In this document: positions 16,328 through 23,784 of the stretch, piece after piece
Layout of the letters: every line of letters starts with the position of its first letter
Position numbering within the stretch: position 1 is the stretch's first letter
Virus record (IMG/VR): IMGVR_UViG_3300020460_000053
Location: 1-24,661 of that record
Direction: 5' to 3' (one strand)
DNA: 24,661 nucleotides
Origin: a virus
Taxonomy: Duplodnaviria > Caudoviricetes
Made by a program: the position numbers and the translations under genes
Notes under the pieces: generated by a model
What the model was told of the DNA's origin: nothing
The model's input: only the letters and a program-made list of their open reading frames with translations
The model's database searches: none

Positions 16328-17097
16328 CAGTTGCCCTTATATGCGAACTCTTGAAGTTCTACTCGTCGGGCAAGCCAATCCCATTCGATTGCATCATCAA
16401 CAGATTCACCTGCTGCTTGATTCCAAACCTTCAACGGAACATTGCTGTCTCCGTCGTTGACCCAGATACCAACATCACGAGATGTGGCAACACCAATGTG
16501 GGAAAGTGCTTCCTTGCTGATTGAGAAGTTGGGGAAGTTCTTCCCTGTCTTCGTCTTGTCAGTAGTCCCGTCAGCGTATTCCTTAACTTCGTACACCTTT
16601 AAGGTGCCGTCGTCTAAAGACCACTGATTGGGGTGGAAAGCAAGCAAGTTGAAAGCAGCTTGACGTTCGTCAGCGCCCTTACCAGTGCAGAAGTCAGTCC
16701 GCTTATAGGTGCGACCGCTGATTGTTCCACCAGCAGGAGCAGCTTGCGCTGGTGCTGGTGCAGCCGCTACGGATGCTGCCGTAGGTCCTGACGGAGCAGG
16801 GACACTTGCAGTCGTCTGCGAGGCGGTGCCTGCTTGACTATCTGAAGACCTGGAAACGCCGCTTTTCAGGCGTCGCATCACAACCCCATCAGGAGAAAGA
16901 TCCATCTCCTGACCTGATTGTTTCAGGACCTCACTCTTAACTTGCTCAAACATGGAAGACGCCTCGGCAAGAATGCCGTCATCTCCCATTGATTCAGGAA
17001 CACTGCGCTCAATAGTAAGCGAGTAGTCCGCTGTTTCATATGGAGCTTCACTTACTTTCTGCGTGAAGCTAACTGTCACTTTCGCTGTGTCAGTCAT
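16327..17097 (-). CDS. Hypothetical two-domain replication/recombination protein
   Basis: 256 aa with an Ala/Pro/Ser linker; lies between the exonuclease and helicase; GGGAGAAAGG RBS. Confidence 0.6.
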   Translation of the reverse strand: MTDTAKVTVSFTQKVSEAPYETADYSLTIERSVPESMGDDGILAEASSMFEQVKSEVLKQSGQEMDLSPDGVVMRRLKSGVSRSSDSQAGTASQTTASVPAPSGPTAASVAAAPAPAQAAPAGGTISGRTYKRTDFCTGKGADERQAAFNLLAFHPNQWSLDDGTLKVYEVKEYADGTTDKTKTGKNFPNFSISKEALSHIGVATSRDVGIWVNDGDSNVPLKVWNQAAGESVDDAIEWDWLARRVELQEFAYKGN

Positions 17098-17112
17098 AAT
17101 TTACCTTTCTCC

Positions 17113-17880
17113 CTACCAGGGATTCTCTCCGAGGTGCTCACCTCGGCATTTGCCTGCCTGCCAGACAGGACACCATAGAGGAGAGCAATGCCAGCCCTCC
17201 CAGTTCTGAGGCCAAGTCTTAGCGTCCGACATGATTGTCGGCACCATCGACCAGCACAATTCCAGAAAAGCTTTCTTGTGCTCTTCTGTTCTTTCGATCT
17301 CAATTATTTGAAGCTTCCCATTAGCCATCACCCCGAAGTTGAAATGCGTTGCATCCAACGCCCAACTATAGGCATGAGATTGTATATCCCAACGCTTCTT
17401 CTCCCAAGCTTGATACTCCCTGCCAGGGTTCTTCCAATCCCACAGCACACCAGACTTATCTACCCAGTCAACAGTGCCAGTGAGAACCAACCTAACGTTG
17501 TCTCTTCTACCAATCTCACGTTCAAACGGAACCTCAACTCCCTCAGGATCTAACGAAGGGAACAGTTCCTCGTACCAAACCGCAAGGTTGGCTCGAACCA
17601 CATCAACTACTTCTTCGTACTCTTGACGCCAGACTTCTACTTCGGATGAGTAGGTAGCAATAAATTCTTCTGCGACTTCCAGTACCTCGTCCAAACTAGG
17701 ACGGGGTAAACCAGCCATGATCATTCGTCCTGCGTATTCGATGGCTCCGTGAACAGCGTTACCTCTCAGAAAATCTGTTGTTTCTTTCTGGGATACAAGA
17801 CCTAAGCGTTCTTGTCGTGCCTGCTCGGGACATCGAAGGAACGTATTGATCCAACTCTGTCGTAAACGTATTTCAATCAT
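17113..17880 (-). CDS. Cas4-like / PD-(D/E)xK exonuclease with 4-Cys (Fe-S) staple
   Basis: LRQSWINTFLRCP, GNAVHGAIE, GTVDWVD...DWKN, Q...Y, and C-terminal CSPLWC...C. Confidence 0.85.
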   Translation of the reverse strand: MIEIRLRQSWINTFLRCPEQARQERLGLVSQKETTDFLRGNAVHGAIEYAGRMIMAGLPRPSLDEVLEVAEEFIATYSSEVEVWRQEYEEVVDVVRANLAVWYEELFPSLDPEGVEVPFEREIGRRDNVRLVLTGTVDWVDKSGVLWDWKNPGREYQAWEKKRWDIQSHAYSWALDATHFNFGVMANGKLQIIEIERTEEHKKAFLELCWSMVPTIMSDAKTWPQNWEGWHCSPLWCPVWQAGKCRGEHLGENPW

Positions 17881-17881
17881 C

Positions 17882-17934
17882 TATCTCCCTGTTCGGTGGG
17901 GCCGTCCCGCAGGGAGACACGGGACGACCCGACC
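17882..17934 (-). promoter_or_regulatory. Leader hairpin whose loop is complementary to the downstream Shine-Dalgarno sequence
   Basis: Stem 17895-17909/17920-17934. Loop UGUCUCCCUG is complementary to CAGGGAGAUA (17891-17882). Confidence 0.55.
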
Positions 17935-17944
17935 TAGTGACTTC

Positions 17945-17971
17945 TCCATTTATAACACCGTTATAAATGGA
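17945..17971. repeat. Palindromic operator-like element, copy 1
   Basis: TCCATTTATAAC-ACC-GTTATAAATGGA, perfect 12 bp arms. Confidence 0.8.
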
Positions 17972-17987
17972 AATTCCCCATCGCTTC

Positions 17988-18023
17988 AAATGGGGGGAAC
18001 CCTTTTGGGGGTTCCCCCCATTT
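17988..18023. terminator. Perfect 15 bp hairpin (terminator or cruciform)
   Basis: AAATGGGGGGAACCC-TTTTGG-GGGTTCCCCCCATTT, just downstream of the HTH gene. Confidence 0.6.
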
Positions 18024-18047
18024 TAACATGGATACAAGTTAAGTCAA
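18020..18047 (-). promoter_or_regulatory. Sigma70/SigA-type promoter TTGACT-N16-TAAAAT (extended -10 TG)
   Basis: Minus strand reads TTGACTtaacttgtatccatgtTAAAAT, upstream of the replication operon. Confidence 0.6.
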
Positions 18048-18340
18048 ACAGCCTCTTCTCCCAAAGGAGGCTTGACCTTGTGCAAACGTTCAAATTGTGC
18101 CCGTTCAACCATGTCATGTGTTCTTTGTCTAGATAACCCAATCTCACGTCCAACTCGTGCTTGGTTACCCTCGGCATAGACAGCATCCAACAGTGCATGT
18201 CTACGCATATAACTTGTCAGCTTTAACTGTTGCCTAATCTCATAATCGATTTGGTCTAACTGTTTCAAAGCAACTAAAGGCTCGCATGTATCCCCATAGT
18301 TCTTCAATGTTTCGTGAAGTTTGGTAAGTGAGTAGGTCAT
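18044..18340 (-). CDS. Helix-turn-helix DNA-binding protein
   Basis: GNQARVGREIGLSRQRTHDMV HTH pattern. Start re-called to 18340 (ATGA overlap). Confidence 0.65.
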   Translation of the reverse strand: MTYSLTKLHETLKNYGDTCEPLVALKQLDQIDYEIRQQLKLTSYMRRHALLDAVYAEGNQARVGREIGLSRQRTHDMVERAQFERLHKVKPPLGEEAV

Positions 18341-18519
18341 TCGCAGCAATCCTTGTTTGTTTCGTTTTCTTCATAGGTTTTGGCTGCTTGTTCAGCCTCG
18401 GCCAAAGTTCCAAAGAACTCTTTGTAATGACCATCTTGTATAACTACATAGCCTGATGTTCTCAAGCCTGCTCCTAAAGGAACTACGGCTCCTTTGATCT
18501 CATACTTAGAGGGACTCAT
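18337..18519 (-). CDS. Hypothetical protein (60 aa)
   Basis: Start re-called to MSPSKY to minimise overlap; tiles with neighbouring genes. Confidence 0.55.
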   Translation of the reverse strand: MSPSKYEIKGAVVPLGAGLRTSGYVVIQDGHYKEFFGTLAEAEQAAKTYEENETNKDCCE

Positions 18520-18739
18520 TGGCTCTAGCTTCCAGTATTTGTTTTCGGGTAAACGCATCTTGAAGCGGTGCGCTTTTCTCCCTTTTTGGTCCTGATCCAC
18601 GTTTCTGTTCTGCCCTGTCCTTACTGTATTGGTTCCATGCGGAACGACATCCTAAACATCTGCAACCGTTTCCGTAATGGGAAGCAGAAGGCTTCCCTTT
18701 GCAGTTGTATCCTTGCTTTCTTGTTCTATTCGTCGCCAT
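18506..18739 (-). CDS. Small CRCxxC putative Zn-binding protein
   Basis: HYGNGCRCLGCRSAWNQY. Confidence 0.65.
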   Translation of the reverse strand: MATNRTRKQGYNCKGKPSASHYGNGCRCLGCRSAWNQYSKDRAEQKRGSGPKREKSAPLQDAFTRKQILEARANESL

Positions 18740-18926
18740 CAGTATCCCTTAGGGGTATGACTTCGGCGTCTTCTTGGTTGTTTGCATCGTGTAAGAATGC
18801 GTGCATTTTTTCTTCGAGGCGTTCTGCTCGTTCGAGAAGTAGCACTGCAAGTTTACGGTCAGCATGGATGACATCGTGTGTCTCATCCATTAGTTCAAGT
18901 AGTAGTTCTCCGTCGATATTTTCCAC
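18726..18926 (-). CDS. Small acidic helical hypothetical protein
   Basis: Tiles the operon; AGAAGGG RBS. Confidence 0.55.
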   Translation of the reverse strand: MENIDGELLLELMDETHDVIHADRKLAVLLLERAERLEEKMHAFLHDANNQEDAEVIPLRDTDGDE

Positions 18927-19107
18927 GGGGTTTCCCTTCTTTTAATAAGTGTGTGTAACTGGATTTTCTTTCGTTTGGGGTCCAAGCCTCCCATCTTTGT
19001 TTGCATTTGGCACATCGACATCCGCCTACTGCATACGTTGCGATGTAGCCGTGTTTCTTGAAGTCTGTTGAGTCCCAACGGATGTGGTTACCTTCGATGT
19101 AACTCAT
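18895..19107 (-). CDS. Small CRCxxC putative Zn-binding protein
   Basis: HGYIATYAVGGCRCAKCKQRW; AAGGAGGAG RBS. Confidence 0.65.
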   Translation of the reverse strand: MSYIEGNHIRWDSTDFKKHGYIATYAVGGCRCAKCKQRWEAWTPNERKSSYTHLLKEGKPRGKYRRRTTT

Positions 19108-19696
19108 CTATCTCCTCCTTTAGAGCTTTTATTTCTTGTTCCAATCGGTGAACGACAACTGAATGCGTACTCGCTTCGAGTGAGTTTGCATCAGCGGTAG
19201 TTAGTTCTAGATGCCTGATGTTGCAGCATCTTTTCTCGTGGCAATCGTGGTGTACTTGTAGTCCTTCTGGAATAGGACCATTATTGTAAACCCACACCAT
19301 ACGATGTGTCAAGGCGTTGCGGCTTGTGCCAACTCGTTCAGCAATTATCTTGCTGTTGACTGCACCGTATCCACCATTCTGTGTGAAGCCTTGCCAAAGG
19401 ATACAAACTGTTCCGTCATCACGAACAATGTCACCAAACTTGACATGACCAAAAGCAGGATTCAAGTAAACCTCTACTCGTTCCTCAAAGGTAAGAGATG
19501 ACAACAACCTGATGGGAATATCAGTACGAGGTGACCCGTACTTTACAAAATGCCTCTTGTGTCCATGACAGAGAGCAATCTTTCCATCTTTAGACCCAGG
19601 TCCATCATAAGAAACAAGAGTGCGGCGCTCCCTCGGGCATTGACTGCCGTCAGGCAGAACAGCCCAACAACTCCCTCTGCCCTGTCTAGGTTTCAT
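19088..19696 (-). CDS. HNH endonuclease (HNH_3 / homing-like) with N-terminal Cys/His module
   Basis: THRMVWVYNNGPIPEGLQVHHDCHEKRCCNIRHLELTTADAN. Confidence 0.85.
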   Translation of the reverse strand: MKPRQGRGSCWAVLPDGSQCPRERRTLVSYDGPGSKDGKIALCHGHKRHFVKYGSPRTDIPIRLLSSLTFEERVEVYLNPAFGHVKFGDIVRDDGTVCILWQGFTQNGGYGAVNSKIIAERVGTSRNALTHRMVWVYNNGPIPEGLQVHHDCHEKRCCNIRHLELTTADANSLEASTHSVVVHRLEQEIKALKEEIDELHRR

Positions 19697-20499
19697 TAAC
19701 TTGCTTCCCGTTCTTTAGGCGGTATCCACTCTTCGTAAAGAATCTTGGCTCCTTTGGAAGAGTTGCAAGAAGTACAGCATGGAACGAGGTTGTCCATTGT
19801 GTCAGTACCACCTTTGTTGATGGGATACACATGGTCACCCACAGAGTTCTTCCAGTTGTTCTTCCACTTGGTGTGCCACGCATCACAGTAAGTGCAACGC
19901 TTAGGGTCGATATCCCTGTCTCTCCAGTATTGGTGAAGATCATCCGTAGAGTGCCCATCACATTCTGTATTAGCTTTTCTTGCTCTTCGGCGTGATTGTG
20001 TCTCACTTGCTTTTCCACTAACTCTTGCATAACAACTGGGACACATGCCTTTAACAAATTTGTCTGCTCCCCTTTCGCACACTTTGTCACACCCTTTGAC
20101 TGAGCAGGTCACCCCAATGTTGTGTTGTCTTGTGACGTGCAAGCGCCCATGTCTGTCGGATAATAAACGGTGAGCATTGCAATAGATGCCTGAACCTTGC
20201 CACCCTCTTGCTTCTTTCTGACAATCAGGGGCAGCGCATGGTGGACGTTTGGTGTCCCTTTCTCGCTGTATAAGAATTGGGTCGTCGGCTCTTACATCGC
20301 CGTGAGTAAGCCAACGTGCGTCATGGGTGCCACAATACTGTCTTGCTGAACTGCCTCTGTAATTGACTCCATCACCGTGATTTCTGCCAATCTTTATGTT
20401 GCAGCGAACACCTTGACAGACAACTTGGCAAAATATTGGGTCTTTGTAACTAAAGTTGTGAACTTTCTTGGTTGTCACTTGTACCTCCCACAAGTCCAC
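19696..20499 (-). CDS. HNH endonuclease (McrA-like) with three N-terminal Cys/His modules
   Basis: CTYC...GDHVYPINKGGTDTMDNLVPCCTSCNSSKG. Start position uncertain. Confidence 0.85.
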   Translation of the reverse strand: MDLWEVQVTTKKVHNFSYKDPIFCQVVCQGVRCNIKIGRNHGDGVNYRGSSARQYCGTHDARWLTHGDVRADDPILIQRERDTKRPPCAAPDCQKEARGWQGSGIYCNAHRLLSDRHGRLHVTRQHNIGVTCSVKGCDKVCERGADKFVKGMCPSCYARVSGKASETQSRRRARKANTECDGHSTDDLHQYWRDRDIDPKRCTYCDAWHTKWKNNWKNSVGDHVYPINKGGTDTMDNLVPCCTSCNSSKGAKILYEEWIPPKEREAS

Positions 20500-20810
20500 A
20501 AAGCCCAGGCTCCACGGGTGTTCTCATGTATGTAGTGAGCCATCCATGTTGACTGAACAATCTCATAACGTTTATGCCAATGCTTCTCAAAGACATCACC
20601 CCAGTAATACTCATTGATCTGGAACAAACCATGATCTACCCCGTTATAAGCACGAGGGTTATGCAATGACTCACACCACGCCACCCCAAGGGCACGAACA
20701 CAATCCTCTTGGAAGTATTCGCACACAACCTCAGGAATCTCAGGGTTAGGTGGTTCATGATTCACTGAAGCGAAGTCCAGTATCGCCCAGATAGCTAGCC
20801 AAATATTCAT
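20475..20810 (-). CDS. Lysozyme-fold (SLT / Rpf / c-type-like) protein with hydrophobic N-terminus
   Basis: VAWCES (catalytic Glu), DHGLFQIN..YW and GAWALWTC. Confidence 0.75.
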   Translation of the reverse strand: MNIWLAIWAILDFASVNHEPPNPEIPEVVCEYFQEDCVRALGVAWCESLHNPRAYNGVDHGLFQINEYYWGDVFEKHWHKRYEIVQSTWMAHYIHENTRGAWALWTCGRYK

Positions 20811-21028
20811 TCGACTATCTCATCGAAGTCGATCCCAGGATCTTCGACAAGCATCTCCAACTGATACTGGATAGCCCGATCAGTTATGACATCGATGCTT
20901 GGGATAAAGTCTAGGAAACTGTCTCGGTCTTCTAGGTATTGCTGTTTCAACTCGTCCAAGATCAGGACGGTAAACAAAGCAAACGCATACGCCGAGCGTT
21001 CTAGATCTGTATACGCAGAGTCACCCAT
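20807..21028 (-). CDS. Acidic hypothetical protein (73 aa)
   Basis: Start re-called to MGDSAY; tiles the operon. Confidence 0.55.
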   Translation of the reverse strand: MGDSAYTDLERSAYAFALFTVLILDELKQQYLEDRDSFLDFIPSIDVITDRAIQYQLEMLVEDPGIDFDEIVE

Positions 21029-21218
21029 AGTATGTCTCTGCCTCTGTCTCGATCCAGACACGAGCACCACATCGGTCAGGCTCATCAGGCTGAACGATGT
21101 AACAAGGCCCGTCTATAAAGACCCTACGGTGATGAGTAGAGCCTTTATAAGTACGATCAATAATAGCGGGTTCACCCTTCTTAATTTTCTGTTGGTGAAC
21201 GTGGATAACATGCTTCAT
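21021..21218 (-). CDS. Conserved phage hypothetical protein (IHV.Q...GP...CGARVWIET type)
   Basis: Start re-called to 21218 (TGATG coupling, AAAGGGAG RBS). Confidence 0.65.
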   Translation of the reverse strand: MKHVIHVHQQKIKKGEPAIIDRTYKGSTHHRRVFIDGPCYIVQPDEPDRCGARVWIETEAETYYG

Positions 21219-22009
21219 CACTCTCCCTTTCTGTTGGTAGAAGCAAAACGGACATTGTTGCGACCGTAGATACACATGCCGCATTCGACACATGCACCAC
21301 GACCGAACACCCCGTCGTCGTCCCAGACGACCATCGGGGTTTTACCTGTTAGCTCAGGACACTTAGGTCCCTTGCGTCGGTGTGGGAACTTAGCAGCTAA
21401 CTCTTCAGTCTCTTCCCAAGTGTCGGCACAGAATGCCAGCATTGGTTCGGAAAGTAAAGCTTTCTCTACTCGGACTGCATCTAGCACGTTGTCTTTATCT
21501 ATCGATAGGTAGACAGCTAGATTGCTGACCCCCATGAGCAGAGGAACTGCCTTAAAGGTTCTCGTATACAACCAGAACTGAAACTCGGGGAAGTCTTCAG
21601 CTACTCGTCTGATTGCTTGGGCGAACGCAGCAGAGGGAATGTCACCGTCCCAGAAGTGACGGAACACCCACTCGTCTTGCGGTATGCCTGCTCGGACGTA
21701 CTCGATAGAGCATTCACTGAGCATGGCACTGAGCATGGCGTGCAGTGTGTCTGTGTCGTTGAGATGTGGGGATACTATTTCCCAGTTCTCTTGGACCAAG
21801 TTACGGACGCCTGGAAAGTTCTGAAGTGCCAACGCATAACAAGCTTCGGCGCACCACTCCGTGTGCCCAGGGCAGGAGACAAGGGCAGGAAGCCCGAAGG
21901 TGTTCTTGACCTTCGGGGTTCCCTCATTGACTCCCTTGCCTTTCTTCCTGACTAGAGGCGCAACTTTGCGGTCACTACTTAAGCGTGGCAACCCAACGTT
22001 GACAATCAC
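21218..22009 (-). CDS. GP88-like (radical-SAM-like, Cys-rich) phage protein
   Basis: FGLPALVSCPGHTEWCAEACYA, FRHFWDGDI, FWLYTR, and C-terminal KCP...CVECGMC. Confidence 0.75.
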   Translation of the reverse strand: MIVNVGLPRLSSDRKVAPLVRKKGKGVNEGTPKVKNTFGLPALVSCPGHTEWCAEACYALALQNFPGVRNLVQENWEIVSPHLNDTDTLHAMLSAMLSECSIEYVRAGIPQDEWVFRHFWDGDIPSAAFAQAIRRVAEDFPEFQFWLYTRTFKAVPLLMGVSNLAVYLSIDKDNVLDAVRVEKALLSEPMLAFCADTWEETEELAAKFPHRRKGPKCPELTGKTPMVVWDDDGVFGRGACVECGMCIYGRNNVRFASTNRKGE

Positions 22010-22368
22010 GATTCTAGCCTGCCTAACAACTCAGTGAGGAGACTGCTGACAGTCTTAAGGATCTCGATAATGTCATCAGTTCGCTCATCCTTAGGCTGCA
22101 TAGCTTTCATTGCCTCTTGGACTTGGCGCTCTACTGTGACCTCCAGTTGTTCCTGGCTCACATATCCCCAGTTGGTAAGCAGGTCAGGAAGTTCACGCTC
22201 GAATATCTTGCCCCAGTAGTAGTAGCTACTAATGCAGTCGGACATCTCATCGCTGAAGTCCATGTTCTGGCAATACTCTTCGATTGCGCTATCGACTCTG
22301 TGTTCGATTACATCGAACAGTCCGTCGTCATCGATTTCTGCTAGCCCTGTAATTTCTAATTCAGCCAT
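22006..22368 (-). CDS. Acidic hypothetical protein (120 aa)
   Basis: Start re-called to ATG 22368, after AAGGGAGA. Confidence 0.6.
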   Translation of the reverse strand: MAELEITGLAEIDDDGLFDVIEHRVDSAIEEYCQNMDFSDEMSDCISSYYYWGKIFERELPDLLTNWGYVSQEQLEVTVERQVQEAMKAMQPKDERTDDIIEILKTVSSLLTELLGRLES

Positions 22369-22408
22369 TAGTTTCTCCCTTGTTTGGCTATTGATGTTTG
22401 AGAACATC

Positions 22409-22437
22409 AGTCAAGCACAAAACATTACTTATGTCAA
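22409..22437 (-). promoter_or_regulatory. Candidate promoter TTGACA-N17-TTGACT
   Basis: Intergenic; perfect -35 and non-canonical -10. Followed by the inverted repeat TGATGTT-N4-AACATCA (22392-22409). Confidence 0.45.
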
Positions 22438-22476
22438 CTTGCTACTGACACAGTTGCTTTGTACCTGACGGGGCGC

Positions 22477-23457
22477 TCAAACTCTGACTAGCTCACGCAT
22501 CTTATGAGTGAGCGGAGTGTCGTTATCCCTAATCTGATCCACCTGCTTCCTTATCTGCAGATCAGTGCTAGAGGAGCGAGTGAAGTCGTGTGTCTCCGCA
22601 GATTGAATAGCATTCCACGCAGCCCACGCAGTACCAGCCGCAGGACCTTCATCCTCTACCTGCCAGTAATACGTCACAGCTTTCATTTTTTCTTCCCACG
22701 CATTCATGGTCCGAGTGCTCACCTCTTCACCCTCAGGAGCAGTTGGCTCAGGCAGAAAGGTACGAAGAAAGCTCTTGTATTGAGCCTCGGTGAACGGTAT
22801 CCGACGCATAGCGCTAGCCATACGGTTAAACATCTCCGCATGTTCCCCTGCCTTGGCAAGCACGAGACTACGGTCCAACAGAATCTGATCGTGGTTCGTG
22901 GTTCTACGCAGCTTTATCTTGGTGTTCTCCGCTGTGCATTGGTTGCTACAGAAAAGACGCCCAACGAATGAAGACATAAACGTAGGCCATGTCCCATCCA
23001 AAGAACCACCTATAAGGAGATTCGACTGCAACCAGTCTGGATAATCGGGGCTAGCTATGTTGTATACATCTCCTAGCTCAAAGATTGCCATGAATCGCTT
23101 GCCATTATCTAGCGAACGCATAGCTGTGCATGAGTTAGGGAAAGCAGCTTCCACTGTCTCAATCCACTGTTGGTGGTTGGACTCGGGATGCTGAGGTGGA
23201 ACCACATTGAGAATCATGGGATCTTCCCAATCATTGTCCTGCCTGTACAAGACTTTTCTCTCAGGTTCACCTTTGTATTTGCCACTCTTCACCTCAGGTA
23301 TTTGACCATTTATCTCTATTGGCATTGAGTGGACTTTGAATAGGACTCCGTTGTCGATAGCGGCATCCACAGCATTCATTCGACCACCGAACCTATGCTC
23401 GGACTCGATCATGCCGTATTCACCTCCACCGTATGGAGTCGGGGATATGACGCTCAT
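22477..23457 (-). CDS. DUF932 / phage-plasmid-like protein
   Basis: SLDNGKRF, LLIGGSLDGT, RLFCSNQ, LRRTTN and GTAWAAWNAI motifs. Confidence 0.75.
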   Translation of the reverse strand: MSVISPTPYGGGEYGMIESEHRFGGRMNAVDAAIDNGVLFKVHSMPIEINGQIPEVKSGKYKGEPERKVLYRQDNDWEDPMILNVVPPQHPESNHQQWIETVEAAFPNSCTAMRSLDNGKRFMAIFELGDVYNIASPDYPDWLQSNLLIGGSLDGTWPTFMSSFVGRLFCSNQCTAENTKIKLRRTTNHDQILLDRSLVLAKAGEHAEMFNRMASAMRRIPFTEAQYKSFLRTFLPEPTAPEGEEVSTRTMNAWEEKMKAVTYYWQVEDEGPAAGTAWAAWNAIQSAETHDFTRSSSTDLQIRKQVDQIRDNDTPLTHKMRELVRV

Positions 23458-23491
23458 ACTTAACCTCCCTGTTAATGATGTGTATGAGAAC

Positions 23492-23516
23492 TTGTTTATA
23501 ACGCTGTTACAAATAA
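23492..23516. repeat. Palindromic operator-like element, copy 2 (degenerate)
   Basis: TTGTTTATAAC-GCT-GTTACAAATAA. Confidence 0.7.
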
Positions 23517-23545
23517 AGCACTGACCCTATTTGCACTTCGACATA

Positions 23546-23574
23546 AGTATATGCCCTGTACTTGCTTAAGTCAA
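23546..23574 (-). promoter_or_regulatory. Sigma70/SigA-type promoter TTGACT-N17-TATACT
   Basis: Near-consensus boxes with 17 bp spacer, upstream of DUF932. Confidence 0.75.
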
Positions 23575-23784
23575 CGACTCGTTGACATCTGTGTATGATC
23601 CGTCAGCATCTATGTATTTGCTCACTTCAGACCACACCCTTAAGCGGTCATCGATCCTGCGATCCAATAGATCATTAAACCAGTCGCTATCCTCATCTAT
23701 GAGTCTGTCCACATGATGAACAATGGCATCCTCCATTGCTTTCATTAAGCGACCAGTAATCGTCTTGTCTTCCCAATCAGTCAT
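23566..23784 (-). CDS. Acidic hypothetical protein (72 aa)
   Basis: TAATG coupling. Confidence 0.6.
   Translation of the reverse strand: MTDWEDKTITGRLMKAMEDAIVHHVDRLIDEDSDWFNDLLDRRIDDRLRVWSEVSKYIDADGSYTDVNESLT

Noticed and set aside
17113-17880. CRISPR-Cas locus suggested by the Cas4-like gene
   Set aside because: No repeat-spacer array or other cas genes. Stand-alone Cas4-like exonucleases are common in phage replication modules.
17945-17971. dif/Xer, loxP-like or protelomerase site
   Set aside because: The 3 bp spacer does not fit a 6-8 bp recombinase core, no recombinase is in the window, and the copies track promoters.
21309-21343. Plus-strand hairpins with short T tails inside minus-strand genes (also 18679-18700)
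   Set aside because: Short or imperfect stems could be chance. They might be antisense terminators, but this cannot be supported from the sequence.
21715-21738. 12 bp tandem repeat CACTGAGCATGG x2; also ACGAGCACG-like repeats near 24007-24267
   Set aside because: Explained by coding repeats (AMLS-AMLS; Ala-Arg codons).
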